From an uncultured Chloroflexia bacterium (lineage in GTDB: Bacteria > Chloroflexota > Anaerolineae > Anaerolineales > Villigracilaceae): a DNA stretch of 40,000 nt. Positions 33,221 to 40,000 of the stretch are shown here, piece by piece; the first letter of the stretch is position 1, and every line of letters starts with the position of its first letter. A program made the translations under genes and the position numbers. Below the pieces are notes generated by a model that had not been told where the DNA came from, made no database searches, and saw nothing but the letters and a program-made list of their open reading frames with translations. The stretch is taken from positions 88,618 through 128,617 of the forward strand of contig CAWGNR010000006.1 of assembly GCA_963823985.1 (NCBI GenBank), written 5' to 3'.

Positions 33221-34146
33221 GATTCGCTTTCCCACAGGGACTCGAGCACCTGTTCCCAGATCCGGGAGATGGCAACGCTGGCAGGCGCTTCGGGACGAAA
33301 GGCCGTCACCGCTTCGCCCTGCACCATCGCGCTTGTTACCGTCAAATCGAACGGGATCCTGCCCGCAAGCGGGATTCCGTTTTCTCTGCAAAACGCTTTG
33401 ATCTGCTCGGCACCGGCGGGATACAAGTCGGCCTTGTTGATGCACACCAGCGCCCGCACGCCGAAGTGCCGGACGGTTTGCAGCGCACGCTGCATATCGT
33501 GCACCCCCGCCACGGTCGGCTCGGCGACGATCAGGGCCAGGTCCACGCCGGAAGTCGCGGAAATGACCGGGCAGCCAATGCCGGGTGGCCCGTCCACCAG
33601 GACCATCTGCCGGTTTTCGTCCAGGGCTTGCAGCCGGGCGCGTTGCTTGACCAGCGTGACCAGCTTGCCGGAGTTCTCCTGGCCGGGGAACAGGTTCGCG
33701 TGATAGAGCGGACCGTAGCGGCTATCAGATGCATAAAACTTGCCGACCACTTGCTCGTGCATGCTGATGCTCTCGGTAGGGCACTGGTAGACGCAGGCGG
33801 CGCAACCGTCGCAGGCGATGGGATCGATGTAATAGCCCTCACCCCCGGCCCCTCTCCCCCAGGAAGAGGGGTGAGGGAGAATCGCATCGAAACGGCAGAC
33901 AGCCAGGCAGTCCCCGCAGGAAGCGCAGGTAGCCTGGTCGATGACCGCTACCTGGCCGCCTTTGAAGTCCTGCTCCTCCAGCAAGCGTGGCTGGAGCACA
34001 AGTTCCAGGTTGGCGGCATCCACGTCGGCGTCCGCCAGGATCACCTGACCGGCGTAGTGTCCCTGCGAAGCGAGATGGGCAAACGCCGCTGTCAGGCTGG
34101 TCTTGCCGGTGCCGCCCTTGCCGCTGAGCACGACCAGCTGTTTCAT
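33217..34146 (-). CDS. MinD/ParA-type P-loop ATPase with inserted 4Fe-4S ferredoxin domain
   Basis: 309-aa ORF with VLSGKGGTGKTS, CASCGDCLAVC and CDGCAACVYQCP. Confidence 0.8.
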   Translation of the reverse strand: MKQLVVLSGKGGTGKTSLTAAFAHLASQGHYAGQVILADADVDAANLELVLQPRLLEEQDFKGGQVAVIDQATCASCGDCLAVCRFDAILPHPSSWGRGAGGEGYYIDPIACDGCAACVYQCPTESISMHEQVVGKFYASDSRYGPLYHANLFPGQENSGKLVTLVKQRARLQALDENRQMVLVDGPPGIGCPVISATSGVDLALIVAEPTVAGVHDMQRALQTVRHFGVRALVCINKADLYPAGAEQIKAFCRENGIPLAGRIPFDLTVTSAMVQGEAVTAFRPEAPASVAISRIWEQVLESLWESES

Positions 34147-34997
34147 ACGCCCGCCCTCGCCGTGATCGTTTCGAGCAGGCTTTGGAACGCCGGTCGGTAC
34201 TCGGGTGCGGCTTCCACCAGCAACTTACCAGCGGCGACGGCCTCAGCGATGCGCCGCTCCATCGGGATGCGCATCAGGACCGGCAGGCTGCTTTCGGCGC
34301 AGTATGCAGCCAGAGCATTGTCGCCAATTCCATCACGGTTGACCACCACCCCCGCCGGGATGCCCAACATGCGGGTAATCTCGACCACTTGTTTCAGGTC
34401 GTGCAGGCCAAAGGGAGTCGGCTCGGTCACCAGCAGGGCGAAATCGGCTCCTCGAAGGGTTTCCACCACCGGGCAGGACGCGCCGGGGGGCGCATCCCGG
34501 ATCTCGACTTCGGGGGAAGCGACGGGTGCCCACTTTTTGAGTTCGCGAATGATGGGAACAGCCATCGGCTCGCCCACGTTCATTTTGCCCTGTGCAAAAT
34601 CGATTTGCCCACCAGCCGGACCCGCCTCCAGCACGCCCATCACATCGAGGCGCTCACTGATGGCGCCCTCAGGACAGACCAGCGTGCAACTGCCGCAGCC
34701 ATGGCATAGTTGCGGAAAGACCAGCGTCTTTTTGCCGATGATTGCAATGGCATGGAACTGGCAGACTTCTGCGCACTTGCCGCAAAACGTACAGGTACCC
34801 TCATCTATCTGGGGGATCAGGAGGCCGACTTCCTTGCGCGTCTCCAGGTCCGGATCGAGAAACAAGCCTGCATTGGGTGCTTCCACATCACAATCCAGGA
34901 AACGCACCTGCGCTTGTTCCGAAGCGACGAGCGCCAAGCTGGTGGCCACAGTGGTCTTGCCGGTGCCGCCTTTCCCGCTGGCAACGACGATTCGCAT
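34143..34997 (-). CDS. MinD/ParA-type P-loop ATPase with inserted 4Fe-4S ferredoxin domain (paralog)
   Basis: 284-aa ORF with VASGKGGTGKTT, CTFCGKCAEVC and CHGCGSCTLVCP. Confidence 0.8.
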   Translation of the reverse strand: MRIVVASGKGGTGKTTVATSLALVASEQAQVRFLDCDVEAPNAGLFLDPDLETRKEVGLLIPQIDEGTCTFCGKCAEVCQFHAIAIIGKKTLVFPQLCHGCGSCTLVCPEGAISERLDVMGVLEAGPAGGQIDFAQGKMNVGEPMAVPIIRELKKWAPVASPEVEIRDAPPGASCPVVETLRGADFALLVTEPTPFGLHDLKQVVEITRMLGIPAGVVVNRDGIGDNALAAYCAESSLPVLMRIPMERRIAEAVAAGKLLVEAAPEYRPAFQSLLETITARAGV

Positions 34998-35374
34998 CAG
35001 TGATGGGCTCCGTGATGACCCTCGTGCGTGACAGCTGCAGCCCGGTTCAACGCACCGGCCTTAAACATCGTCAATATTTCGGCGGCGGAATACCTTTTGT
35101 TTTCGGGAGCAAGATACAATTCAACCCCGGCTGCGGCCAGCGTGTCGAAGGCGTTCGGTCCAAATGCGCCGCTGACGACCGCAGCCACGCCCTGCCTGGC
35201 GACAAATTGTGCTGCCTGCACGCCCGCTCCGCCGGAGGCAGTGAGAGCCGGGTTGTCGAAAACCTGACCTTGCCCGGTATCCATGTCAACAATGTAAAAG
35301 GCAGTTGCACGTCCAAAGCGGGCATCGAAAGGGGAATCCGGTGTGTTCCCGGAAATAGAGATTGCGATTTTCAT
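34997..35374 (-). CDS. NifX/NifB-C-terminal-like protein (second copy)
   Basis: 125-aa ORF with MKIAISISGNTPDSPFDARFGRATAFYIVD. Confidence 0.7.
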   Translation of the reverse strand: MKIAISISGNTPDSPFDARFGRATAFYIVDMDTGQGQVFDNPALTASGGAGVQAAQFVARQGVAAVVSGAFGPNAFDTLAAAGVELYLAPENKRYSAAEILTMFKAGALNRAAAVTHEGHHGAHH

Positions 35375-35463
35375 GCAGATTCCTTGGTTGTGAGAGATTT
35401 GAGATCAGGGATCAGAGAGTAGTGAGTGAATCGCCTGCGAACTACTCGCTGATGATCTACTCT

Positions 35464-35715
35464 CTAACTATCTTGCTTTTTCAACGCATCCAGGCGTTCT
35501 GTGATGCTTTGCAGGGCGGATTGCAGGGATTGGATCTGCTGTTCCAGCCAGGAACTGTCCTGTGGCTGGGCAAACCCTAAACCTCGCCCAAAGCCAAGAC
35601 CTCGTCCACCGCGACCGCCGAAGCGTCCAACGCCTGCTTGCCCGGCGCAATTGCCTGCGCCGCGTCCCGTGCGTGGACCCGTTCCGGTTGGGCCGGTCCC
35701 GTCTCGATTTGGCAT
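35464..35715 (-). CDS. DUF5320-like small Gly/Arg-rich protein with C-terminal coiled coil
   Basis: MPNRDGTGPTGTGPRTGRGAGNC...LEQQIQSLQSALQSITERLDALKK. Confidence 0.6.
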   Translation of the reverse strand: MPNRDGTGPTGTGPRTGRGAGNCAGQAGVGRFGGRGGRGLGFGRGLGFAQPQDSSWLEQQIQSLQSALQSITERLDALKKQDS

Positions 35716-35763
35716 GCTGTCACCTCCTTTCGGGTGCCTTACAGGTGCATTCTAGTTATACAA

Positions 35764-36129
35764 CTAAGAACTTTTCTTGACGTCATCATAAGCCGCCTCC
35801 AGCGCCTCGATCTCTTTGCGTCTCTGGCGCAAATTTTCGATCCAACCCGCGAGCACTTCTTCGCCCTGCGGGGTGATGGTGTAGACCCGCCGTTGAGGGC
35901 CCAGGCTGTTCTCGTCCCAGGTATCGCTGATCATCCCCTCGGCTTCCAGGTTACGCAAGGCGCGATAGATAATGCTGATATCCATGTGTTCAGGTTGAAA
36001 GCCGAACTCTTTCAAGTCATTCATTAAGCTATAGCCATATCCTGGCTTGCGGTGCAGTAACACCAATAAACACGATTGCAGGAAAAACATTTTGCGGCGG
36101 CCCCCGCCGCGGCCACGTCCACCGGGCAT
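35764..36129 (-). CDS. PadR-family transcriptional regulator
   Basis: 121-aa ORF with LLVLLHRKPGYGYSLMNDLKEFG...ISIIYRALRNLEAEGMI...RRVYTITPQGEEVL. Confidence 0.85.
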   Translation of the reverse strand: MPGGRGRGGGRRKMFFLQSCLLVLLHRKPGYGYSLMNDLKEFGFQPEHMDISIIYRALRNLEAEGMISDTWDENSLGPQRRVYTITPQGEEVLAGWIENLRQRRKEIEALEAAYDDVKKSS

Positions 36130-36201
36130 TGAAACTCCTTCAGGACTTACGCAATGGATGAGAGATAGCTTTCGCGAACCAGGAAAACCTGATTCTTGAT
36201 A

Positions 36202-36236
36202 AATTTGTCTATAGTATATACAACTATAGACAAATT
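36202..36236. promoter_or_regulatory. 14-7-14 perfect inverted repeat upstream of padR (candidate PadR operator)
   Basis: AATTTGTCTATAGT-atataca-ACTATAGACAAATT, about 75 nt upstream of the padR start at 36129. Confidence 0.5.
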
Positions 36237-36282
36237 GTCAATAGATAGCGGAGAATAAATCTGACTCCTTTCAATCAGGCTT

Positions 36283-37205
36283 TCAGGCGGCCATGTGAAG
36301 CAAATCTGAGTTCGAACGATCGTGAATAAAACTCCAGAAGGCGTCCCTAGGCCGGTGAGGAGAGCTGATTCGTTTCCGCACCATATACACTTTCCTTTGT
36401 AAATCCAGGTCATTGACGGGGAGATCGACGATATTTCCACGCTCCAGCGGGCAGGCGCAGGCCAGGGAAGAGACGAAAGAGATGCCGTAGCCCGCCGCAA
36501 CAGTCCGGACAATCGCTTCGGCATTGCCCAGTTCCATGAAAACATCCAGGTCATCCAGGCTGATGTCGTGTTTGGCCAGTTCGGTCAACACCACCCTGCG
36601 CGTGCCCGAAGTTTCCTCGCGCATGATGATCCTTTCTTCCAGGACCTCCGCTGGTTCGATCACTTTGCGCATTGCCCAGCGGTGGTTGGCTGGTACGATC
36701 AGGGCAATCGTATCTCGAAAGAACTCTTGCGAACTCGAGGCCTAGACTATCAATTTCGGAACTGACCACACCAATATGTGCTTCTCCCTCCAGCAGCTCC
36801 AATGCGGCCTGTTCCGGGCCACAGGCCAGGATCCGGACCCTGATGCCTGGATATCGTTGACAAAACCTGGCAGCCATTTGCGGGAGAATATATTTTCCGG
36901 CAGTCGTGCTGCAAGCAATCCGCAACTCCCCCACCACATCCTCCTGTAACGAGGACATCATCTCTTTCAAACTGCTGGTGTCGTGCAACAGGCGGCGCGC
37001 CCAGGGCAACAACAATCTGCCTGCTTCCGTTATCTGCAATCCCGATGTTCGTTCGGATGAACAGGGTAACGTCCAGGTCTTGTTCTAAACCCTTAATTTG
37101 ATGGCTTACCGTGGGCTGGCTGAGATGAAGCCGTTTGGCTGCTTCAGAGAAGCTCAAGTTTTCAGCCGCTGCTAAAAACGTTTCGATTTTTTGAATGTCA
37201 ATCAT
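36283..37205 (-). pseudogene. LysR-family transcriptional regulator with two apparent frameshifts
   Basis: The HTH part is in frame 36750-37205 (FSEAAKRLHLSQPTVSHQIKGLE). The middle is in frame 36551-37039 (LQITEAGRLL...GELRIACSTTAGKYILP). The C-terminus is in frame 36283-36672 (FFRDTIALIVPANHRWA...). The shifts lie near 37041-37043 (a CCC run) and about 36721-36730. Confidence 0.7.
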
Positions 37206-37206
37206 T

Positions 37207-38343
37207 TCATACTCTGTTTCGCATCCTTCTTCGATGCGGTGAAGTGGGAATCAATTTGAATAGCGCCTGTTTGGCAGCCCCTGCTGATAGCAACATCAAC
37301 AGGGTCATCAATACGGCAGAGGTCAAGCACCAGGCGCACGTGGCGCCGATGACAAAAGGCTCCAGGAATGTTAAATAGACCGAGAAGAGCGCGCCAAAGA
37401 CTGTCATCAAGAGCAGGATAATGACCGCGATATCGGCCTGTTGGCTGGGGGCATAACGGGCAAAGAACCAGGCAGCCAGGATAACCAGGTATCCAACCAA
37501 CCCCAGCAGGCCGATCGGCAAGATCCCGAACAGGCGCGCATATTCGCTTTGTTGCACGGTGTTGCAATCGCCCACAGGGCCGCAGACGGCAGTGGTCTGT
37601 GTGGTTTCCACATAGGCCAGGTAGCCAGCCACCCCCATCCCAATGAGGCACAAAACAGGGATGACCCAGGTTAATTTTGTTCTTGAAGGGACGCCGCGAT
37701 TCCTTTGAAAAAGAAGAACGACCCACCCAAGTGACACGAGCATGCTGGCCAGCACCAGCACGGCCAGCGTGTTGCCGGACGGATCATTGGCAAACCGATC
37801 CATCCAATTGAGCGAAAGACTGCCTGCTGGCAGGACGTCCGGTAAACCTGACGGGGAGGATGACGATGGAGAAACGGTGGCAGGCTCAGGCGTCGCTTGA
37901 AGCATTTCCGATTCGGCCTGTGCAGCCAGCATCTCATGCAAGCCGGGAATGTCGGGCCAGTCGACACCGCCTTGGCCCAGGTAGGCCTCGATCAACCCCG
38001 GGAATTGTTCGGGGATGTCCAGCGATCCTACCAGGTAGAGGTCATCGATCACCAGGAACGGAACGCCGCCGCCTTCCAGGCCGAATTTCTGTAAGGCTGC
38101 CAGGAAGAGCGTCTGTCCCTGCGCTTGGGTCACATCGACGGCAATGATCTGGAGTTGTTCCCCATACTTTTCAAGCAGGGGAGGCAAGGTTTCGGTCATC
38201 ACATAGTGACAATGACCGCAAGACGGCGAGTAGAACAGCACGGCGTGCACGATTGCCCTGGAATCTTGCGCTTCAGCAGGAGAGCATGTGCTAAAAATGA
38301 CGAGCAGGACAATGACAAGGAGAAACATATGGCGTGGTCTCAT
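37207..38343 (-). CDS. thioredoxin-like (CGHC) domain fused to VKOR (vitamin K epoxide reductase-family) membrane domain
   Basis: 378-aa ORF with a signal sequence, FYSPSCGHCHY, a Pro/Ser-rich linker, then CGPVGDC...ATCAWC within TM helices. Confidence 0.75.
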   Translation of the reverse strand: MRPRHMFLLVIVLLVIFSTCSPAEAQDSRAIVHAVLFYSPSCGHCHYVMTETLPPLLEKYGEQLQIIAVDVTQAQGQTLFLAALQKFGLEGGGVPFLVIDDLYLVGSLDIPEQFPGLIEAYLGQGGVDWPDIPGLHEMLAAQAESEMLQATPEPATVSPSSSSPSGLPDVLPAGSLSLNWMDRFANDPSGNTLAVLVLASMLVSLGWVVLLFQRNRGVPSRTKLTWVIPVLCLIGMGVAGYLAYVETTQTTAVCGPVGDCNTVQQSEYARLFGILPIGLLGLVGYLVILAAWFFARYAPSQQADIAVIILLLMTVFGALFSVYLTFLEPFVIGATCAWCLTSAVLMTLLMLLSAGAAKQALFKLIPTSPHRRRMRNRV

Positions 38344-38783
38344 GGTTTGCTCCGCGTTTCATACCAACCGGTGCGGACGTCTGTGCGCTGATCAAAATCT
38401 GGAACATACGGTTTGATATCAAGCAGAGGTGTGCCGTCCAGCACATCGATGCCTTCGACGGTGAGCGCGTTTTCCCGGCGGGATACGAGCCGCACGATCG
38501 AGATGCCAAGCGGGTTTGGACGGCGCGGATAGCGCGTGGTAAACAGGCCGTGTTCCTGTTCATCCAAAAAAGGCTTGACCCGCAAATCGTAGCCATTTGA
38601 TCGGTGAAATGCATAAAAAAGGTAAATGTGAGAGAACCCCTCGATATCCATCAGCCCATCAGCAAACTCTGGTTGGACTTCCACAAGTCCAATAGCCTGC
38701 GAGCGCGAAGCCTGGATGGGGGTTTGGCCTTTCTCCGTGAACGGCGAGTGGATCACGCCGATGGGATGCATCACGATTTCCAT
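38340..38783 (-). CDS. trmO: TsaA/YaeB-family tRNA m6t6A37 methyltransferase
   Basis: 147-aa ORF with PIGVIHSPF, GFSHIYLFYAFH, RRPNPLGISIVRL and VLDGTPLLDIKPYVP. Confidence 0.85.
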   Translation of the reverse strand: MEIVMHPIGVIHSPFTEKGQTPIQASRSQAIGLVEVQPEFADGLMDIEGFSHIYLFYAFHRSNGYDLRVKPFLDEQEHGLFTTRYPRRPNPLGISIVRLVSRRENALTVEGIDVLDGTPLLDIKPYVPDFDQRTDVRTGWYETRSKP

Positions 38784-38787
38784 AGAC

Positions 38788-39522
38788 TTATTTCTTTTCC
38801 CTTTCGCGTGTGAAGGTCAGCAACTTTGTCCCCTGCACCTGACGAAAGACCGCGCCTTGACCTATAGTGCGCAGAGCTGCTGCCTCGTCCACGACCAAAG
38901 TGCCGGAAAGGATGTCCACGCCATAATCGAACAGGATCGGGGACAGCGGCGTGCTGGGACCGATCAACATGACGGTTGCTTTCGGCGGGCAGAGTGTTAA
39001 GCAGATTATCCAAACTGTGATTGACAAATGTGCTGCTGGTAATGGCCACCACGTCTGCCTGGGGCAGCAGGTCGGCGGCTGCTTCTGCCGGATATTCTTC
39101 CTCTGTCGGATGTTGTTCGATGACCCACAGTTGACCGGCAGCTTCACGCAATTGGGGGATAAAGGGAAATGGCCGACGAGAGCAACGTTCTTTCCTCGCC
39201 CGCGGCTTGCCAGCACGTCCGATGCGTTGAGCTCCACTGCCAGGGATTCGTCCACTTCTAAAAGCGAGTTGATCGCAGCCACGCCAATGCTGGCTTCGAG
39301 TAAATCCGTCGAGCGGGCATATTCGGCCAGCTCGCGAGTCCCTTTTTCATGTAAACGGCCTGCATCGCGCACCTGGACGTGTCCGTGCGGATGATTCGAC
39401 ATGAGCGTAGCCGCCAGCCCACACCGCGAGCTGGAAACGGCCGTCCAGTGTGCGCCAACCAGAACCGAGCGTACGGGAACATCTTCAGGAAGGTTTTCAA
39501 GAAGAGCGTCGATGAGTTTCAT
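38788..39522 (-). CDS. DUF4213/DUF364-type Rossmann-like protein; two compensating apparent frameshifts
   Basis: From MKLIDALLENL (ATG 39520-39522, ATGA overlap with arsR). The middle segment FIPQLREAAGQLWVIEQHPTEEEYPAEAAADLLPQADVVAITSSTFVNHSLDNLL is in the frame of track ORF 38771-39151. The shifts lie in an AAA run at 39161-39163 and a TTT run at 38980-38982. Confidence 0.6.
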   Translation of the reverse strand: MKLIDALLENLPEDVPVRSVLVGAHWTAVSSSRCGLAATLMSNHPHGHVQVRDAGRLHEKGTRELAEYARSTDLLEASIGVAAINSLLEVDESLAVELNASDVLASRGRGKNVALVGHFPLSPNCVKLPVNCGSSNNIRQRKNIRQKQPPTCCPRQTWWPLPAAHLSITVWIICLTLCPPKATVMLIGPSTPLSPILFDYGVDILSGTLVVDEAAALRTIGQGAVFRQVQGTKLLTFTREREKK

Positions 39523-39845
39523 TCTTCGTTCAAGTCCAAGAGTTTGGAACGTTGATCGCTTTGTTCGATCAGCACCTCGCGCATCAGGTCGCACACATCC
39601 ACCAGTTTTGGATCTGCAATCTGATAAACCATATTGTTGCCATCTCGTTCGGTAACAACGATCCCAGCGTTGCGCAAGATCGTTAAATTTCGCGAGACCG
39701 TCGCCTGGTGTTGTTCTACAGCGGAGGCAATGTCATTGACATTCAAAGGCCCGCTCCGCAGCAGATGCACGATCTCCATCCGCAGTGGATTTCCCATTGC
39801 CCGGCACAGCTCGGCTTGAATTTCGAATATTTTTTCGTGGCTCAT
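39519..39845 (-). CDS. ArsR/SmtB-family transcriptional regulator
   Basis: 108-aa ORF with LCRAMGNPLRMEIVHLL...VNDIASAVEQHQATVSRNLTILRNAGIVVTERDGNNMVYQI. Confidence 0.85.
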   Translation of the reverse strand: MSHEKIFEIQAELCRAMGNPLRMEIVHLLRSGPLNVNDIASAVEQHQATVSRNLTILRNAGIVVTERDGNNMVYQIADPKLVDVCDLMREVLIEQSDQRSKLLDLNEE

Positions 39846-39875
39846 GAGATTTCTCCGGGGTGTGATTGGATATTC

Positions 39876-40000
39876 TTAATCGTTGATATAAGCATCATGT
39901 AGCGCTTTCATCAAACGTGCTTTTACTTCTACCTCAGTGAGTTTTCCGGACGCATAGGTACAGGCTTCTTTCATCAGTTGTTTTGCCTCTTCTTCGGGCA
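39876..40000 (-). CDS. C-terminal end of an unidentified ORF running in from beyond the window
   Basis: Own minus-strand translation reads ...PEEEAKQLMKEACTYASGKLTEVEVKARLMKALHDAYIND-stop (TAA at 39876-39878). Confidence 0.35.
   Translation of the reverse strand, partial: PEEEAKQLMKEACTYASGKLTEVEVKARLMKALHDAYIND

Noticed and set aside
32897-33445. Full 182-aa version of the DUF59 ORF.
   Set aside because: The N-terminal 75 residues are Arg/Gly-rich and overlap the 3' end of the MinD-like gene. The internal ATG with an ATGA overlap gives a normal-size DUF59 protein.
33466-35031. 521-aa plus-strand ORF and other long ORFs antisense to the MinD-like, NifX-like and Hdr-like genes (for example 27241-27819, 26768-27244, 28699-29076, 30375-30791 and 34742-35422).
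   Set aside because: They are Arg/Ala/Gly/Pro-rich low-complexity translations opposite well-supported genes in GC-rich DNA, which is typical of shadow ORFs.

Overview
The window has two parts.

(1) Positions 1 to ~25.8 kb are an accessory region that I read as an integron-type gene-cassette array on the minus strand.
- Fourteen copies of a 92-130 bp structured repeat have RYYYAAC...GTTRRRY ends. There are two main subfamilies plus one short variant, with compensatory stem changes between them.
- The repeats separate short, visibly AT-richer cassettes: MazEF, BrnTA, HicAB, CPBP and HExxH membrane proteases, an alpha/beta hydrolase, a lipoprotein, a P-loop kinase-like protein and small membrane proteins.
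- Extended cassette-specific complementarity follows the boundary-swapped pattern expected for integron cassettes.
- No integron integrase or attI is visible, so within this window the array is CALIN-like.
- Five of the 14 attC-like sites carry mobile elements. These are two near-identical IS110-family copies at the same TA dinucleotide, one decayed IS110 relative at a GTT core, a group II intron and an IS1182-family IS.
- A second group II intron, an rve-type IS with a 17-bp target duplication splitting a CPBP gene, and an IS4-family IS are also present.
- The IS110 left end holds a structured non-coding region with blocks matching both strands of its attC target, which makes it a candidate bridge RNA. 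The IS ends would form TTGACA-17-TAGAAT on circularisation.
- The array ends near an HTH/excisionase-like gene and a tRNA 3' fragment with a terminator.

(2) Positions ~26-40 kb are GC-rich and core-like.
- An ArsR / TusA / Cys-less MvhD-like / QmoA-, QmoB-, QmoC-like / DsrE-like locus.
- A NifX-like / MinD-ferredoxin ATPase / DUF59 / DUF5320 / PadR cluster.
- LysR, a Trx-VKOR fusion, TrmO, DUF364 and a second ArsR.
- Most frameshifts in this part sit in short homopolymers and may be assembly errors.

All family assignments rest on motifs I recognise by eye. No database search was run.
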